Shown: positions 38,295 through 48,606, counted from the first letter of the stretch. The stretch: 64,000 nucleotides of DNA from Parcubacteria group bacterium Greene0714_7 (GCA_007378985.1 VMHB01000001.1:128252-192251); one strand, 5' to 3'. Program-made: numbers and translations. The notes: generated by a model not told the origin, from the letters alone.

Positions 38295-38315
38295 CTGAAG
38301 TACTTGCTTGAGCCC

Positions 38316-38681
38316 CTATTTCAATTCTTCAGTTTCTAGGATGAGACCCTCTTTTTCTGCGTATTTCTTTCCCGTCTTTCTTTTTTCCCTGGCAACTATA
38401 GTGTTTATGGCCCCGAGTATGCCAATAGATGTCGATGTCCAAAAAAGTGACATGACGGTAGCAGAGAGTCCCAAAGCGGGCGCACTAACGATAGCCGTAG
38501 CGAGAGCTGCAAACAGAGCAATGAATTGCGCTATCACCAACAGCACAGCTGCTTTTTCACGTGCCTCAGCCTCTCCAAGGAGTTTGCCTAATTTACGCTC
38601 TTTCATAGCTTTCAAAACAGCTATTGCTTGCTCGCCTTCGGCGGTTGGGGGATGTATTGGAGATGTTTCAGTCATTTTCAC
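38316..38681 (-). CDS. small membrane protein
   Basis: Two clear TM helices and a charged N-terminus. It is preferred over the low-complexity overlapping plus-strand ORF. Confidence 0.4.
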   Translation of the reverse strand: MKMTETSPIHPPTAEGEQAIAVLKAMKERKLGKLLGEAEAREKAAVLLVIAQFIALFAALATAIVSAPALGLSATVMSLFWTSTSIGILGAINTIVAREKRKTGKKYAEKEGLILETEELK

Positions 38682-38844
38682 ATGATATCACATAAAATCT
38701 ATATTGTCAAGTTTCCATGCGGAGACTATTGGAGAGTATGACTGTCAGCCATGGACTGTTGATGAGTCAAAATTTACACTGCCACCGAGCGTTACATTTA
38801 CAGAAGTCGGAGCTTAGAGATGACTATAGTAGAATACGTGGAGC

Positions 38845-39552
38845 ATGTTACTGCATCATGAATGGCATTCAAAAGGTGCGGGTGCAAAGTTAAATTGGCT
38901 TCGTGCGTCAGTTTTGGGAGCAAACGACGGCATTGTTTCGGTGGCTTCGATAGTTGCGGGAGTTGCTGGGGCTTCTGATTCATCGGGATTCATTTTGACT
39001 GCGGGAACGGCAGGACTAGTTGCAGGTGCACTTTCAATGGCTGTTGGAGAATATATTTCAGTCAGTACTCAAAGGGATACGGAGCGGGCACTACTCCAAA
39101 AAGAAAAATTTGAATTAGAAACGATGCCCGAGCAAGAATTTGAAGAGCTTGTTTCAATGTATGAAGCAAAAGGTGTGACGAGCCAAACGGCACGCATCGT
39201 TGCAAAAGAATTGACTGACCACGGTGCATTTGCAGCTCACATAGACGTGGAATTGGGTATTGATCCAAATAATTTGACGAACCCTGTGTCAGCGGCATTG
39301 GCTTCTGCCGGATCTTTTTTTCTGGGAGCACTCATTCCTCTTATTGTTGTTGTGTTTCCACCTGCGTCACTTCGTATGCCTGTAATGCTTTTTGCTGTCG
39401 TTGTTGCACTGGCAGGCACAGGCATGCTCAGTGCATATGCAGGAGGGGCAAATAAAACGAAGGCAACGCTGCGTGTAATGTTTGGTGGCATACTCGCCAT
39501 GGCAATAACCTTCGGTGTTGGAAAAATAATTGGAATCGTTGGCGGAATATAA
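38845..39552 (+). CDS. VIT1/CCC1 family Fe/Mn transporter
   Basis: LNWLRASVLGANDGIVSVASIVAGVAGA and the glycine-rich C-terminal TM bundle. Confidence 0.65.
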   Translation: MLLHHEWHSKGAGAKLNWLRASVLGANDGIVSVASIVAGVAGASDSSGFILTAGTAGLVAGALSMAVGEYISVSTQRDTERALLQKEKFELETMPEQEFEELVSMYEAKGVTSQTARIVAKELTDHGAFAAHIDVELGIDPNNLTNPVSAALASAGSFFLGALIPLIVVVFPPASLRMPVMLFAVVVALAGTGMLSAYAGGANKTKATLRVMFGGILAMAITFGVGKIIGIVGGI

Positions 39553-39564
39553 ATCTAAAAATTT

Positions 39565-40308
39565 TTAGAGACTGAGGGCGGTAAGAAGTTCTTTTAATTC
39601 AGCACCAGCAATGGGTCGGTGAGCCCCTGGCTTTAATTCACCGAGCTTTATATTCATCATGCGCACTCGCTCCAAGGTTTCAATGTTCACCCCGCACGCA
39701 ACGCACATTCTGCGGATTTGGTGTTTCTTTCCTTCAGTTAAGGTAATAGTAAATCCAAAATCATCTTCGATTTCAATAGTGCAGGGCTTTGTTACATAGC
39801 CTTCAATATCGACACCTGCCTCCATTCGTTTTTTAAAATTCTTCGGTATTTCATCGGTTGTGGTGACTCTGTATTCTTTTTCGTGCTCGTATTCGGGATT
39901 GAGAAGTTTGTCGGTAACACGCCTGTCGTCGGTAAGAATAATGAGCCCTGTTGATTTTTTATCGAGCCTGCCCACAGGGAACACTCCTTTGAGTGAGACG
40001 GCCATTAAAATATCTTTCTCGCCCTCCTGCGGGGAATGAGTAACAACGCCTTCGGGCTTATTGTATGCATAGTAGCGATACTCTTTTCGCGCGCCTTTTA
40101 CTTCTACAATATCTTTTTCTTCAACCTTATCTCCAAGAACTGCCTGCCTACCATTAATGAACACCAATCCTTGTGTTATGAGAACATCGGCATCTTTGCG
40201 TGTTGCATAGCCCTTATGGGCAAGGTATTTATTAATCCGAAGCGGCGATTTAGCGAAATCGTGTCGCGTACCGTCCATTAAAACGCGACGCTGTGGTATT
40301 TTACCCAT
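39565..40308 (-). CDS. pseudouridine synthase, RsuA/RluB family
   Basis: S4 domain (RINKYLAHKGYATRKDADVLI) and catalytic GRLDKKSTGLIILTDD. Confidence 0.75.
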   Translation of the reverse strand: MGKIPQRRVLMDGTRHDFAKSPLRINKYLAHKGYATRKDADVLITQGLVFINGRQAVLGDKVEEKDIVEVKGARKEYRYYAYNKPEGVVTHSPQEGEKDILMAVSLKGVFPVGRLDKKSTGLIILTDDRRVTDKLLNPEYEHEKEYRVTTTDEIPKNFKKRMEAGVDIEGYVTKPCTIEIEDDFGFTITLTEGKKHQIRRMCVACGVNIETLERVRMMNIKLGELKPGAHRPIAGAELKELLTALSL

Positions 40309-40358
40309 TTGTGCGCAGTATATAATAAAGAGAGAGTTACTAATAACTTTATACTTTT

Positions 40359-40763
40359 ATGAACGGATATGTTGCAAATATTGAAAAGGAGTCATTAGAA
40401 AACGAAAATTTTCGCACGGTCTTGTATACGGATGATCGCTTGCAGTTGGTGGTGATGAATTTGAAGCCTAATGAAGACATTGGAGAAGAGACACATACAC
40501 TCGATCAATTTATACGAGTAGAAAAAGGAGAAGGGAAGTCAGTCTTGGATGGTGAAGCACGCACCCTCGCTGATGGGTTTGCCGTAATTATCCCAGCCGG
40601 CACTCGTCATAACATTGTAAATACGTCTTCAGTGAATCCTTTGAAACTCTACACACTCTATGCTCCGCCAAATCACAAAAGAGGTACAGTTCATAAAACA
40701 AAGGCTGATGCTCTCGCCGACAAAGGCGAACACTTCGAATCCGCACCTCAAGAATTTGATTAG
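40359..40763 (+). CDS. cupin domain protein
   Basis: HTLDQFIRVEKGEG ... IIPAGTRHNIVN cupin motifs. Confidence 0.55.
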   Translation: MNGYVANIEKESLENENFRTVLYTDDRLQLVVMNLKPNEDIGEETHTLDQFIRVEKGEGKSVLDGEARTLADGFAVIIPAGTRHNIVNTSSVNPLKLYTLYAPPNHKRGTVHKTKADALADKGEHFESAPQEFD

Positions 40764-41338
40764 TATTTGGTGGGTGTGAATTCCCACGCACGTTTTAGTG
40801 CGGGATGTTCCCTTGTCTGAAGTATTTTAATTCCTTCAAAAACTCCAAAAAGAGCAAGTGCATATGAAATATCTCCGAGGAGCATATTTCGGAGGAACGG
40901 GAGTCCAAGTGTATAGCAGTACATAAGCCCTGAAATGCTTTTTTCATACCACGGAGAAAAGAGCCATACAGAAAAATTAGTTACAAGAAAGAAAAATAAT
41001 GATGCACTCAGGAGTACAAAACTAGTGGGAAGTATTTTGGGATATTTTCGCGCAATTATACCGAGGATACTAATGAGCATAAAGGATGCATATACGCCTA
41101 TTAGTATTCTCCAATCATAAAATCCAATAATCGCGTCGGTAATGAGCATGGTAATTATTGGAATGAGGATTGCAGAGAGACGCCCTACATATTTGCTTGC
41201 CGTAAGTGTTACTGCGGTTATTGGTGTCGCATTGGGGATGTGGGGAATTAAACGGCCAACAATACCCACTCCCACAAGACTTACTATGCTAAGGAGTTTG
41301 TTTGGCATATTTATTCTTTTGAAGTTGCAAAGAACCAT
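40760..41338 (-). CDS. DUF6580/ECF-S-component-like membrane transporter (putative cobalamin uptake)
   Basis: RLIPHIPNATPITAVTL pattern, 5-6 TM helices. It is adjacent to DUF4430 and B12 genes. Confidence 0.4.
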   Translation of the reverse strand: MVLCNFKRINMPNKLLSIVSLVGVGIVGRLIPHIPNATPITAVTLTASKYVGRLSAILIPIITMLITDAIIGFYDWRILIGVYASFMLISILGIIARKYPKILPTSFVLLSASLFFFLVTNFSVWLFSPWYEKSISGLMYCYTLGLPFLRNMLLGDISYALALFGVFEGIKILQTREHPALKRAWEFTPTKY

Positions 41339-41736
41339 TCAATGGAGTCTTCAGTCTTGAGTATGTACTGATCTGCTCCAATTTGAGGCATTACTCCGTT
41401 TACTTTGTATTGCCAGTATTTTTTATCTGCGCCATTTTTATGAGTGCCCATTCCTTCGACTAAAACACCAAGACCTTCGTAAGTTTTTGTGGAGAGGGTA
41501 AGTTGTGGATCTTTCTTGTTTAATTTTTCCAATACTGTGAGCACTGTCTCGCCCTCGGCGATGATTACTTGTTTTGCCTCATAGACATCTTGAATGGAGA
41601 GCGAGATTGTTGTAGTTTTTGTCTCCGAAACTTGAGTAGGTGAGGGTTTTGTTTCGTTAATTAAAAACGATACTCCTCCGATGAGAGCGAGAGCAAAAAC
41701 TATAAGGATGGAAACTTTAAGAAAATCTTTTTTCAT
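41311..41736 (-). CDS. DUF4430 domain protein (transcobalamin-like, secreted)
   Basis: Signal peptide and GETVLTVLEKL ... YWQYKVNG pattern. Confidence 0.5.
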   Translation of the reverse strand: MKKDFLKVSILIVFALALIGGVSFLINETKPSPTQVSETKTTTISLSIQDVYEAKQVIIAEGETVLTVLEKLNKKDPQLTLSTKTYEGLGVLVEGMGTHKNGADKKYWQYKVNGVMPQIGADQYILKTEDSIEWFFATSKE

Positions 41737-41757
41737 ATGGCTCGTAATTTGGATTAG

Positions 41758-42288
41758 TTAATATGACGGCGATGATTCCTGGGCTCTCGCTTCTGCTGCG
41801 GCATATCTGGCAAGTGCATAGAGAAAACTTGAAAGGCGATTAAGATATGCCGTGGATGTGGATGAAATAGTGTGAGTAGTGCTCACACTAATGACGACGC
41901 GCTCGGTTCTGCGTGATACAGCGCGAGCGTAATCTAAGAGTCCCGAAAGCTCTGTGGCACCTGGAATGATGAATGCGTGAGGGTTCTCTATTAGCTTTTC
42001 AATTGAATCCACAGCGTTTTCAAGTGTATCAACATGTTCTTGTGTGAGTACTTTTTCTGCTCCAGCAAGTTCCGCTTGAATGATGAAGAGCGATTCTTGG
42101 GATCTCTCTATACTGTTCTGCAATTGAAAGAGGCTGTATGAAACTAATCGTGCTCTGCACATTCCTAAGAGGGAATTTAATTCATCAAGTGCTCCCAGTG
42201 CGTCGTATATAGGACTATTCTTTGGTAGTCGGTCTTTGGTGCCGAAGAGTCCTGAAGTTCCGTCGTCTCCTTTTCGAGTATAGAGCAT
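41758..42288 (-). CDS. ATP:cob(I)alamin adenosyltransferase, PduO-type
   Basis: N-terminal YTRKGDDGTSGL ... KNSPIYDALGALDELNS signature. Confidence 0.75.
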   Translation of the reverse strand: MLYTRKGDDGTSGLFGTKDRLPKNSPIYDALGALDELNSLLGMCRARLVSYSLFQLQNSIERSQESLFIIQAELAGAEKVLTQEHVDTLENAVDSIEKLIENPHAFIIPGATELSGLLDYARAVSRRTERVVISVSTTHTISSTSTAYLNRLSSFLYALARYAAAEARAQESSPSY

Positions 42289-42294
42289 GTGTTT

Positions 42295-44136
42295 TTATGG
42301 AAGAAATAATGACGCGACTTTACTTAGAACGGATACCAAATATCTGCCGATAGCATCGAGTGGCGAGCTAGAAGTGATTTCTCTGGTTGGTTGATTACTA
42401 AATGTAATAATTGGAACTCCTGTCAGTTTTGGTTCCCTATCAGGTGGTGTATTGGTAACTGTAGAAATGGAAGCGCTACTGCTCTGAGTGCTTATGCCAG
42501 CAACAATGCCTACGGCCGCTGATGCGGTATGGGCTGAAGTGGAGGGTGTATTTTGGGACAATTCTAGAGTGACTTCTGTGGAAACTTGTTTGGGAAATGT
42601 TTGCAGTATTGTGTTCCATGATTTTCCTTGAAGTGCTGGCACGGCATAGGCGGTTGCCCAGATACGATTTTCGATAGTTGCTTCAATGGGTCCAAACCCT
42701 CCATCGGACGCTTGTAAGAGCGCCATGCATGACAATGGTGTAGACCCTCCCCACACCGCCCACGCAGAGGGAGATCCTCCAAGAGCTGTGATTGCCTGTA
42801 GTGCCCAGCTGGTTGAATAGCTATTCCCAAAACACCCGTTACTATCTTGGCGTGACACAAGATAGCTTCGTGCTTTTAGAATTGCTTCAGGAACGCCTTC
42901 GACATCAGACAGAGGTGCGAGTGCCTGAATTGCCGCGCTCGTGAGGTCAACACTTCCCCATGAACCATTTTGATCCTGGTTTGAAAGAATAAATGTTACT
43001 TCTTTTACAATAATTTCATCCCCTTTTGTATACCCCGCATGCATAAGAGGGAAGAGTGAGAAGATGTCATCATTAACTAGGTTAGGATCGCCAATCTGTA
43101 CGCCATCAAATTCAGAAATTATTTTTTGAATTGCGTCGCTATGTGCGTATGGATCTATACCGAGCGCCTCCAGAACCATGGCATGGCGCTCATAGTCAGT
43201 TACATTTGTTAGTTCATTTTGTCGCAAGAGGTGAGGCAAAAGAGCGTTTAGTGATGCTTGAGCTTTGTTGGTGCTACTAAGTGCAAGTGCAACCCAATCA
43301 TTTTGCATTGCGCTACCAAACGAACCATCGCTCCGTTGATGTTGGAGTAAAAATGCTAATGCCGCATCCGCATCTCCTTTTGAAGGCAACACACTGCCCC
43401 CACTTCCACTGCCTGATGTTGATGGAGCGGGTGTTGGAGTTTCAAGTGCAGTGCTTGGTGTTGGAGTGAGTGTTATGTGTTCGGTTGGTAAGAAGTTAGT
43501 TAGAGTGGCATATATCGCAAGCGAGTCAGTTGTTGTTGCAGTGAACATTGCGACTCCCTCCTCGTTTGGCGTAACGCTGTACGGGCCTACGTAGACGGTG
43601 CTATCTGATGCAGGGAGCCAAATCGGATTAAAGTTTGAGTCAAAAGAAAATTTTGAAACGGTTATTGCTGTTGGAGTATTTACCTCCGGTGATGCATTTG
43701 AAATACTTATTTTAAGTGGAAAAGTGCCAATAGAAAGGAGAAGTGTTTCGTTAGCGACTAGTTGATGTTTATTAAGAGCTACTGGTCCGAGCTCTAAGTT
43801 TGCAAACCATGTCCAGTAGTTGCCGAGTGATGAATCATTACTAATGCCGCTCATAGAATCGAGGAATGCGTCCTCGCCGTACCATGTCCATACAGTGGTA
43901 AGTCCTGATTGTTCGAGTGCGCAAAAGCCGTTTACTGTTTGTATCGTGCTTGCGGGGAAAGTAGTACACGCAGAAATAGTAATCGTACCGTTAAAGAGTG
44001 TTGCAGACGCCGTTTCTACGCGCAGTGTTATTGGTACTGGATCAGGTGCTGGTGTTGGAGTGCTTCCCTCGTCAGCAAGAAGTGGAGAAGGTACGAATGC
44101 CAATAGTAAGGAAAGGGTAAGAAAGATTTTTTTCAT
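42295..44136 (-). CDS. secreted prenyltransferase/squalene-oxidase-repeat surface protein (cobalamin-uptake-associated)
   Basis: Signal peptide and repeated QxxxGxW-like terpenoid-cyclase repeats (QDSNGCFG, QDQNGSWG, QRSDGSFG). Confidence 0.5.
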   Translation of the reverse strand: MKKIFLTLSLLLAFVPSPLLADEGSTPTPAPDPVPITLRVETASATLFNGTITISACTTFPASTIQTVNGFCALEQSGLTTVWTWYGEDAFLDSMSGISNDSSLGNYWTWFANLELGPVALNKHQLVANETLLLSIGTFPLKISISNASPEVNTPTAITVSKFSFDSNFNPIWLPASDSTVYVGPYSVTPNEEGVAMFTATTTDSLAIYATLTNFLPTEHITLTPTPSTALETPTPAPSTSGSGSGGSVLPSKGDADAALAFLLQHQRSDGSFGSAMQNDWVALALSSTNKAQASLNALLPHLLRQNELTNVTDYERHAMVLEALGIDPYAHSDAIQKIISEFDGVQIGDPNLVNDDIFSLFPLMHAGYTKGDEIIVKEVTFILSNQDQNGSWGSVDLTSAAIQALAPLSDVEGVPEAILKARSYLVSRQDSNGCFGNSYSTSWALQAITALGGSPSAWAVWGGSTPLSCMALLQASDGGFGPIEATIENRIWATAYAVPALQGKSWNTILQTFPKQVSTEVTLELSQNTPSTSAHTASAAVGIVAGISTQSSSASISTVTNTPPDREPKLTGVPIITFSNQPTREITSSSPLDAIGRYLVSVLSKVASLFLP

Positions 44137-44171
44137 AGTATGTTTGCATGTGTAATCATTGAGGTTTTGGT

Positions 44172-46499
44172 TTATGGTGTTGAAATAGTTTCTACCGCAA
44201 CAAACTCGTCTATTTCACAGGTTCCCCCAACACAGGCCAGCTCTTTTTTCTGTTCTGTTTCGTCCACGTGCTCGTAGGTGACAAGTTTTGAATAGTCTAC
44301 TCTCGGGAACTTCGCGGTCATTTCTTCGTATCGCTCTTTATCTATCGCTTCGTATGGTGCGAGTTGATATACATGGTCGAATCGTGGCAAGAAAGAAAGT
44401 CCGCCAATAATTTCCCAATTTTTTTGTATCCAGTCCACCACGGCAATCCATTCATTTTCACCAACAGAGATGGTGGCGGATGGATTGTGTTCCGTGTAAT
44501 TGAGTTTTACCAGTTTCCAATATTCTAGTTGTTGTAGAGCTGAGAAGTCATCTTTAAATACTGACCCTTTTGGTGACTCCACAGGAAACTCTAAAACATA
44601 GGTGCTTGCACTTTCTTTACTTTGTCCAACCTCAGGATAATAGGGAACACCTTGATCTTTGAGCATCTTAAAAAGAGAATCGGTAGCAGAGATACGCACA
44701 CGCCGTATGTAGTACTTTGAATGGCGCGGATGGATACCTGATGAGCAGTTGAATGTTTGCGAAACTGTACCTGATGGTTTGACCGCAGTAACTGAGAGAG
44801 ATTGTTTGATTCCAAATCTTTTTGCATACACAGCGTTTGTTTTTACTGCCACATCGCGCATGGCACGCAAGGTCTCAGGTTTCCGCGCGACCTCGCTGTC
44901 CCATTGACCTGTGACAGATACACCAAGAAGCCGTTCATCTTCACAGTGTTTCGTCCATTCCTTTGAGATGTAGTTAAACTTTGTGAGCGTTGACTGGTAA
45001 GTGCCAATAAGAGAAGCGATCCGCGCCTTTCGTAGTAAGGTTTCGTCGGTATCGTCAGCGCGCGCTATGATTTCTGACAGGTTGCAGAATTCTTTTGATT
45101 GCAGGATGATTTCGCCACAGGGGTTGGTACCGATGGAACCTTGTACCACTCCATTTTCACCAATGAACCCCACTTTTTTAAAATATGATTCCCTGCGTTT
45201 TGGCAGTGTATTTCCAAGAGCCCCTCTATTGAAGATACCGCGCTCTCCAGAACCTGACTTCATAAGCGCTACCCACTCCTCCATAAGCTCAGTGTTTGAA
45301 GGTTTCGCTTCGTACACGGCTGAGTTGTTTGCTACTGAGCGATAGGGTTCGGTAAGAAAAAATTGTCCTTTTTTTGCGTCACGCAAATCTGTATCATCAA
45401 GATCAGAAAGACTAATCATCGCCGTTCTGCGTACACCGCCCGACACAACACACTCACCTATTTTGCAGATGATGTCGTGTGCATCAATGGCGCGCAAACG
45501 TCGTCCTTGCCTGCGAAGAATTTTTTCACGTGCGAATGCAAGAAGTGAACGCAAGGGCTCGGGACCTGATGCTTTCCCGCCCATGGTTTTTAAGCGTTCA
45601 CCTGCTGGACGGATGTTGGAATAATCAAACTCAACATCACCGCCTGCATACCAAGTCTTTAGTCCCAGTGTCAGCGCATCGCACCAGCCTTCTTTTGAAT
45701 CAAGAACTATGTGTGTTGGTATTTTTTTATTTGTTTGTTTTTGAATTTGAGGCAGTTGTTCTATGTTTTGGCTTTCGACTGAAAATCCAACGCCACACCC
45801 CTGCATAGAGAGGTACATAATTTCTGCAAAGTCTTCAATTTTTGTTGGGGCGGTAAATGTGCAGTTGTACGCGCACGTGTTGCACCTCCGCGCTGGCTCT
45901 CCTGAAAATTGCATGAGTCGCATGGAAGGCATAACTTCTTGTCGAAGAATTGCCTCGCGCACTTCGGCGTATTCTTCACTCCCAAGTTTTGCTCCGAGGT
46001 TTTCTTTCATGAACGCTACATAACGGTCAACGGTTTCTATCCATGTCTCGCGACGGTTTTCTGATTCAATCCAGCGCGCGTAAGTTCGAAGGTATACAAA
46101 TTCTCCCAAGGGATTTCCTTTAAAATATTTTTTACTCTCTTCGGCAAGCTTTCTCACATGTTCAGGCACTTCACCCTGCACAGTGCGTAGGCGAGTGCGT
46201 TCAGCCCTATATAAAATGTAGGCTTTAGCAGTTGCGGGAAAGTTCTGTACCATAAGTATTTTTTCAACTTCGTCTTGTACACCCTCTACTGTTGGTACAA
46301 ACTTCGCATCGCTGGACTTTTTTGCATACAGACTTCTTTCTACTTCTTCAGCAATATTCGCGCATACACCGTCAGTAAATTCTCCCGCTGCTCGCATCGC
46401 TCTCTCTACGGCAACTGTAATTTTTTTAATGGAAAAAGGTACTCGTGTCCCATTTCGTTTAATAATGTGCGTTAGTAATGTGGATTGTTGTGATGACAT
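44172..46499 (-). CDS. nrdJ: adenosylcobalamin-dependent ribonucleotide reductase, class II
   Basis: N-terminal ATP-cone (IIKRNGTRVPFSIKKI) and NPCGEI active-site motif, 775 aa. B12 genes lie immediately upstream. Confidence 0.75.
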   Translation of the reverse strand: MSSQQSTLLTHIIKRNGTRVPFSIKKITVAVERAMRAAGEFTDGVCANIAEEVERSLYAKKSSDAKFVPTVEGVQDEVEKILMVQNFPATAKAYILYRAERTRLRTVQGEVPEHVRKLAEESKKYFKGNPLGEFVYLRTYARWIESENRRETWIETVDRYVAFMKENLGAKLGSEEYAEVREAILRQEVMPSMRLMQFSGEPARRCNTCAYNCTFTAPTKIEDFAEIMYLSMQGCGVGFSVESQNIEQLPQIQKQTNKKIPTHIVLDSKEGWCDALTLGLKTWYAGGDVEFDYSNIRPAGERLKTMGGKASGPEPLRSLLAFAREKILRRQGRRLRAIDAHDIICKIGECVVSGGVRRTAMISLSDLDDTDLRDAKKGQFFLTEPYRSVANNSAVYEAKPSNTELMEEWVALMKSGSGERGIFNRGALGNTLPKRRESYFKKVGFIGENGVVQGSIGTNPCGEIILQSKEFCNLSEIIARADDTDETLLRKARIASLIGTYQSTLTKFNYISKEWTKHCEDERLLGVSVTGQWDSEVARKPETLRAMRDVAVKTNAVYAKRFGIKQSLSVTAVKPSGTVSQTFNCSSGIHPRHSKYYIRRVRISATDSLFKMLKDQGVPYYPEVGQSKESASTYVLEFPVESPKGSVFKDDFSALQQLEYWKLVKLNYTEHNPSATISVGENEWIAVVDWIQKNWEIIGGLSFLPRFDHVYQLAPYEAIDKERYEEMTAKFPRVDYSKLVTYEHVDETEQKKELACVGGTCEIDEFVAVETISTP

Positions 46500-46558
46500 A
46501 ATGGGTGGAGATGATATATTGATAAGGGTCTATGAATTTAACATATAGATAGAGGTCT

Positions 46559-46924
46559 ATGGGTAAAAAACAGTTGGGGATAAAAAGTTCAAAAACAAAA
46601 ACAGCAAAGAGTAAAGTGGCTCTCACATACAAACGGCCCGCATGGGTAAAAAGTGGTGAAGAAGAGCTCTGCCCTGACTGCTTTAAAGTGGTAGGAGATA
46701 AGAGTCGATATACCCTTGTGTGTTTACTTGGGAAAACCAAAACAGGTATGACCGTTGGAGAGCTTACTGACCAGATGCAGTTGCGTCAGCCGACGATATC
46801 GCACCATTTGAATGTACTTCGCTCAGTTGATGCGGTGGAGAGCGAGGACCGTGGTCGCGAGAGGGTGTACACCCTCAACAGGAGTGCGCATTGTTTTGAA
46901 GACTGCCAAATACCTTTTAAGTAA
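46559..46924 (+). CDS. ArsR/SmtB-family metalloregulator
   Basis: HTH segment VGELTDQMQLRQPTISHHLNVLRSVDAV and an N-terminal CPDC pair. Confidence 0.65.
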   Translation: MGKKQLGIKSSKTKTAKSKVALTYKRPAWVKSGEEELCPDCFKVVGDKSRYTLVCLLGKTKTGMTVGELTDQMQLRQPTISHHLNVLRSVDAVESEDRGRERVYTLNRSAHCFEDCQIPFK

Positions 46925-46941
46925 TAATGTAATAAGTTTCT

Positions 46942-48165
46942 ATGTTTGAACCACTCTCGTATGTTTGGCAATACTTAGTGCAAGGTTTCGGACTTTTTAT
47001 TGCATATGTATTTGCAGGAATACTTTTATATCTTCTCTTAAGGCGTCTACACTCATGGAAGATAACAGTCGCGCTTTTGGTGATGTTTTTAGGCGTTTCC
47101 GTTTTCTTTTATGTTCCAAACGGTTTACCTCGCGCGTTTGAATATCCTTTCTTTCTTAAAACCTACGGGCCTTCAGCAGGACCGGTGTTGCCGTTCGCGA
47201 ATGTTTGGGAATTTTTAAAGAATTTTAATAATTTTGAACGAGTCGGAGATATTGCACGCAATCCTTTAGATATTCCACCCCCGATAGAGCGCTCCGAAGC
47301 AGAAGTAGTAAAAATAGAGTTAGTTACTAAAGAGGTTATTGCTGAGATGGCACCTGGTGTGACTTTCAACTATTGGACATTTAATGGGACGGTACCGGGG
47401 CCATTCTTGCGAGTGAAAGAAGGAGATATGGTTGAGCTGACGCTTAAAAACGACCGGACGAGCCTCCATGCGCACAACATTGACCTCCATGCCGTTAACG
47501 GTCCTGGCGGCGGAGCTTCGGCGACTAATGTGAATCCGGGGGAATCGAAGACATTCCGCTTCAAGGCCATGAACCCAGGCATCTACGTATATCACTGCGC
47601 CCACGGAAATGTACCGAGCCACATGACACATGGTCTGTATGGACTCATTCTTGTTGAACCAAAAGGAGGGCTACCAAAAGTTGATAAAGAATTTTATGTG
47701 ATGCAATCAGAGTTTTACAGTGCGGGTGCTCTGGGTAGACAGGGGTTGCAGCTGTTTGACGCACAGGCGATGCTCGATGGGAAACCGCAATACATTGTCT
47801 TCAATGGGCGCACAGGGGCTCTGGCAGAAAATATGAATGCAGAGGTCGGAGAAACGGTGCGTATATACGTTGGGAATGGGGGTGTTAATCTCATTTCAAG
47901 CTTCCATGTTATTGGAGAGATTTTTGATCGCGTTTATCGTGAAGGAGATTTAGTGAGCTCCCCTGCGAAAAGTGTTCAAACAACACTCGTTCCAGCAGGA
48001 GGTGCGGCAATGGTTGAGTTTAAAGTTGATTACCCTGGAAATTATGTGCTCGTTGATCATGCGTTGTCGCGAGTCGATCGAGGTGTATGGGGAGTGCTTC
48101 ATGTCACAGGTAAAGCGGACTCAACAGTATTTGATGGAGTAATAGAGAGCGGTGGAGGGCATTAG
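46942..48165 (+). CDS. nirK: copper-containing nitrite reductase
   Basis: HNIDLHAVNGPGGGA (type 2 Cu His) and YVYHCAHGNVPSHMTHGLYG (type 1 Cu Cys/His/Met). An N-terminal TM anchor is present. Confidence 0.75.
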   Translation: MFEPLSYVWQYLVQGFGLFIAYVFAGILLYLLLRRLHSWKITVALLVMFLGVSVFFYVPNGLPRAFEYPFFLKTYGPSAGPVLPFANVWEFLKNFNNFERVGDIARNPLDIPPPIERSEAEVVKIELVTKEVIAEMAPGVTFNYWTFNGTVPGPFLRVKEGDMVELTLKNDRTSLHAHNIDLHAVNGPGGGASATNVNPGESKTFRFKAMNPGIYVYHCAHGNVPSHMTHGLYGLILVEPKGGLPKVDKEFYVMQSEFYSAGALGRQGLQLFDAQAMLDGKPQYIVFNGRTGALAENMNAEVGETVRIYVGNGGVNLISSFHVIGEIFDRVYREGDLVSSPAKSVQTTLVPAGGAAMVEFKVDYPGNYVLVDHALSRVDRGVWGVLHVTGKADSTVFDGVIESGGGH

Positions 48166-48297
48166 ATATTCGGAGCCTTGGGTATGCCGTACCTTGTGCC
48201 TATAGACAGTAACAGGATTATCTGGGACAATAGAGGGGTCTAAGGGACTAAAGAAACAAGGTCGGATTTCTCAACAAAAAACAAAAAAAACAAAAAC

Positions 48298-48495
48298 ATG
48301 ACAGGAACAATAAAAACCCTGACGGATAGAGGATTCGGATTCATCTCACGCGAAGGCGAGACGAAGGATCTTTTCTTTCATTCAAAGGATCTCGTTGGTG
48401 TCACTTTTGATGAACTTAAGGCAGGCGATGTCGTCTCCTTTGAGGTTCAGCAAGGTGAAAAGGGACCAAGCGCAGTGAACGTATCTCGCGCATAA
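48298..48495 (+). CDS. cspA: cold-shock protein
   Basis: GTIKTLTDRGFGFISREGETKDLFFH RNP motifs, 65 aa. Confidence 0.85.
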   Translation: MTGTIKTLTDRGFGFISREGETKDLFFHSKDLVGVTFDELKAGDVVSFEVQQGEKGPSAVNVSRA

Positions 48496-48514
48496 TCCAC
48501 TCACTAGAGAAAAG

Positions 48515-48548
48515 AAAATACCGCCTTCAGGGCGGTATTTTCTTTTAC
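48515..48548 (+). terminator. rho-independent terminator
   Basis: The AATACCGCC-TTCAG-GGCGGTATT hairpin is followed by TTTCTTTT. Confidence 0.65.
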
Positions 48549-48606
48549 CTACTCCACGAGGCAGTTGTTTGATTTTTTGAAAAATTAATGTTATAATTAT
48601 AGAATA

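Noticed and set aside
38308-38685. Plus-strand 125-aa ORF fully overlapping the minus-strand membrane protein
   Set aside because: It has a low-complexity Ser/Ala/Phe-rich translation. The minus-strand product has clean TM helices, and only one of the two is likely real.
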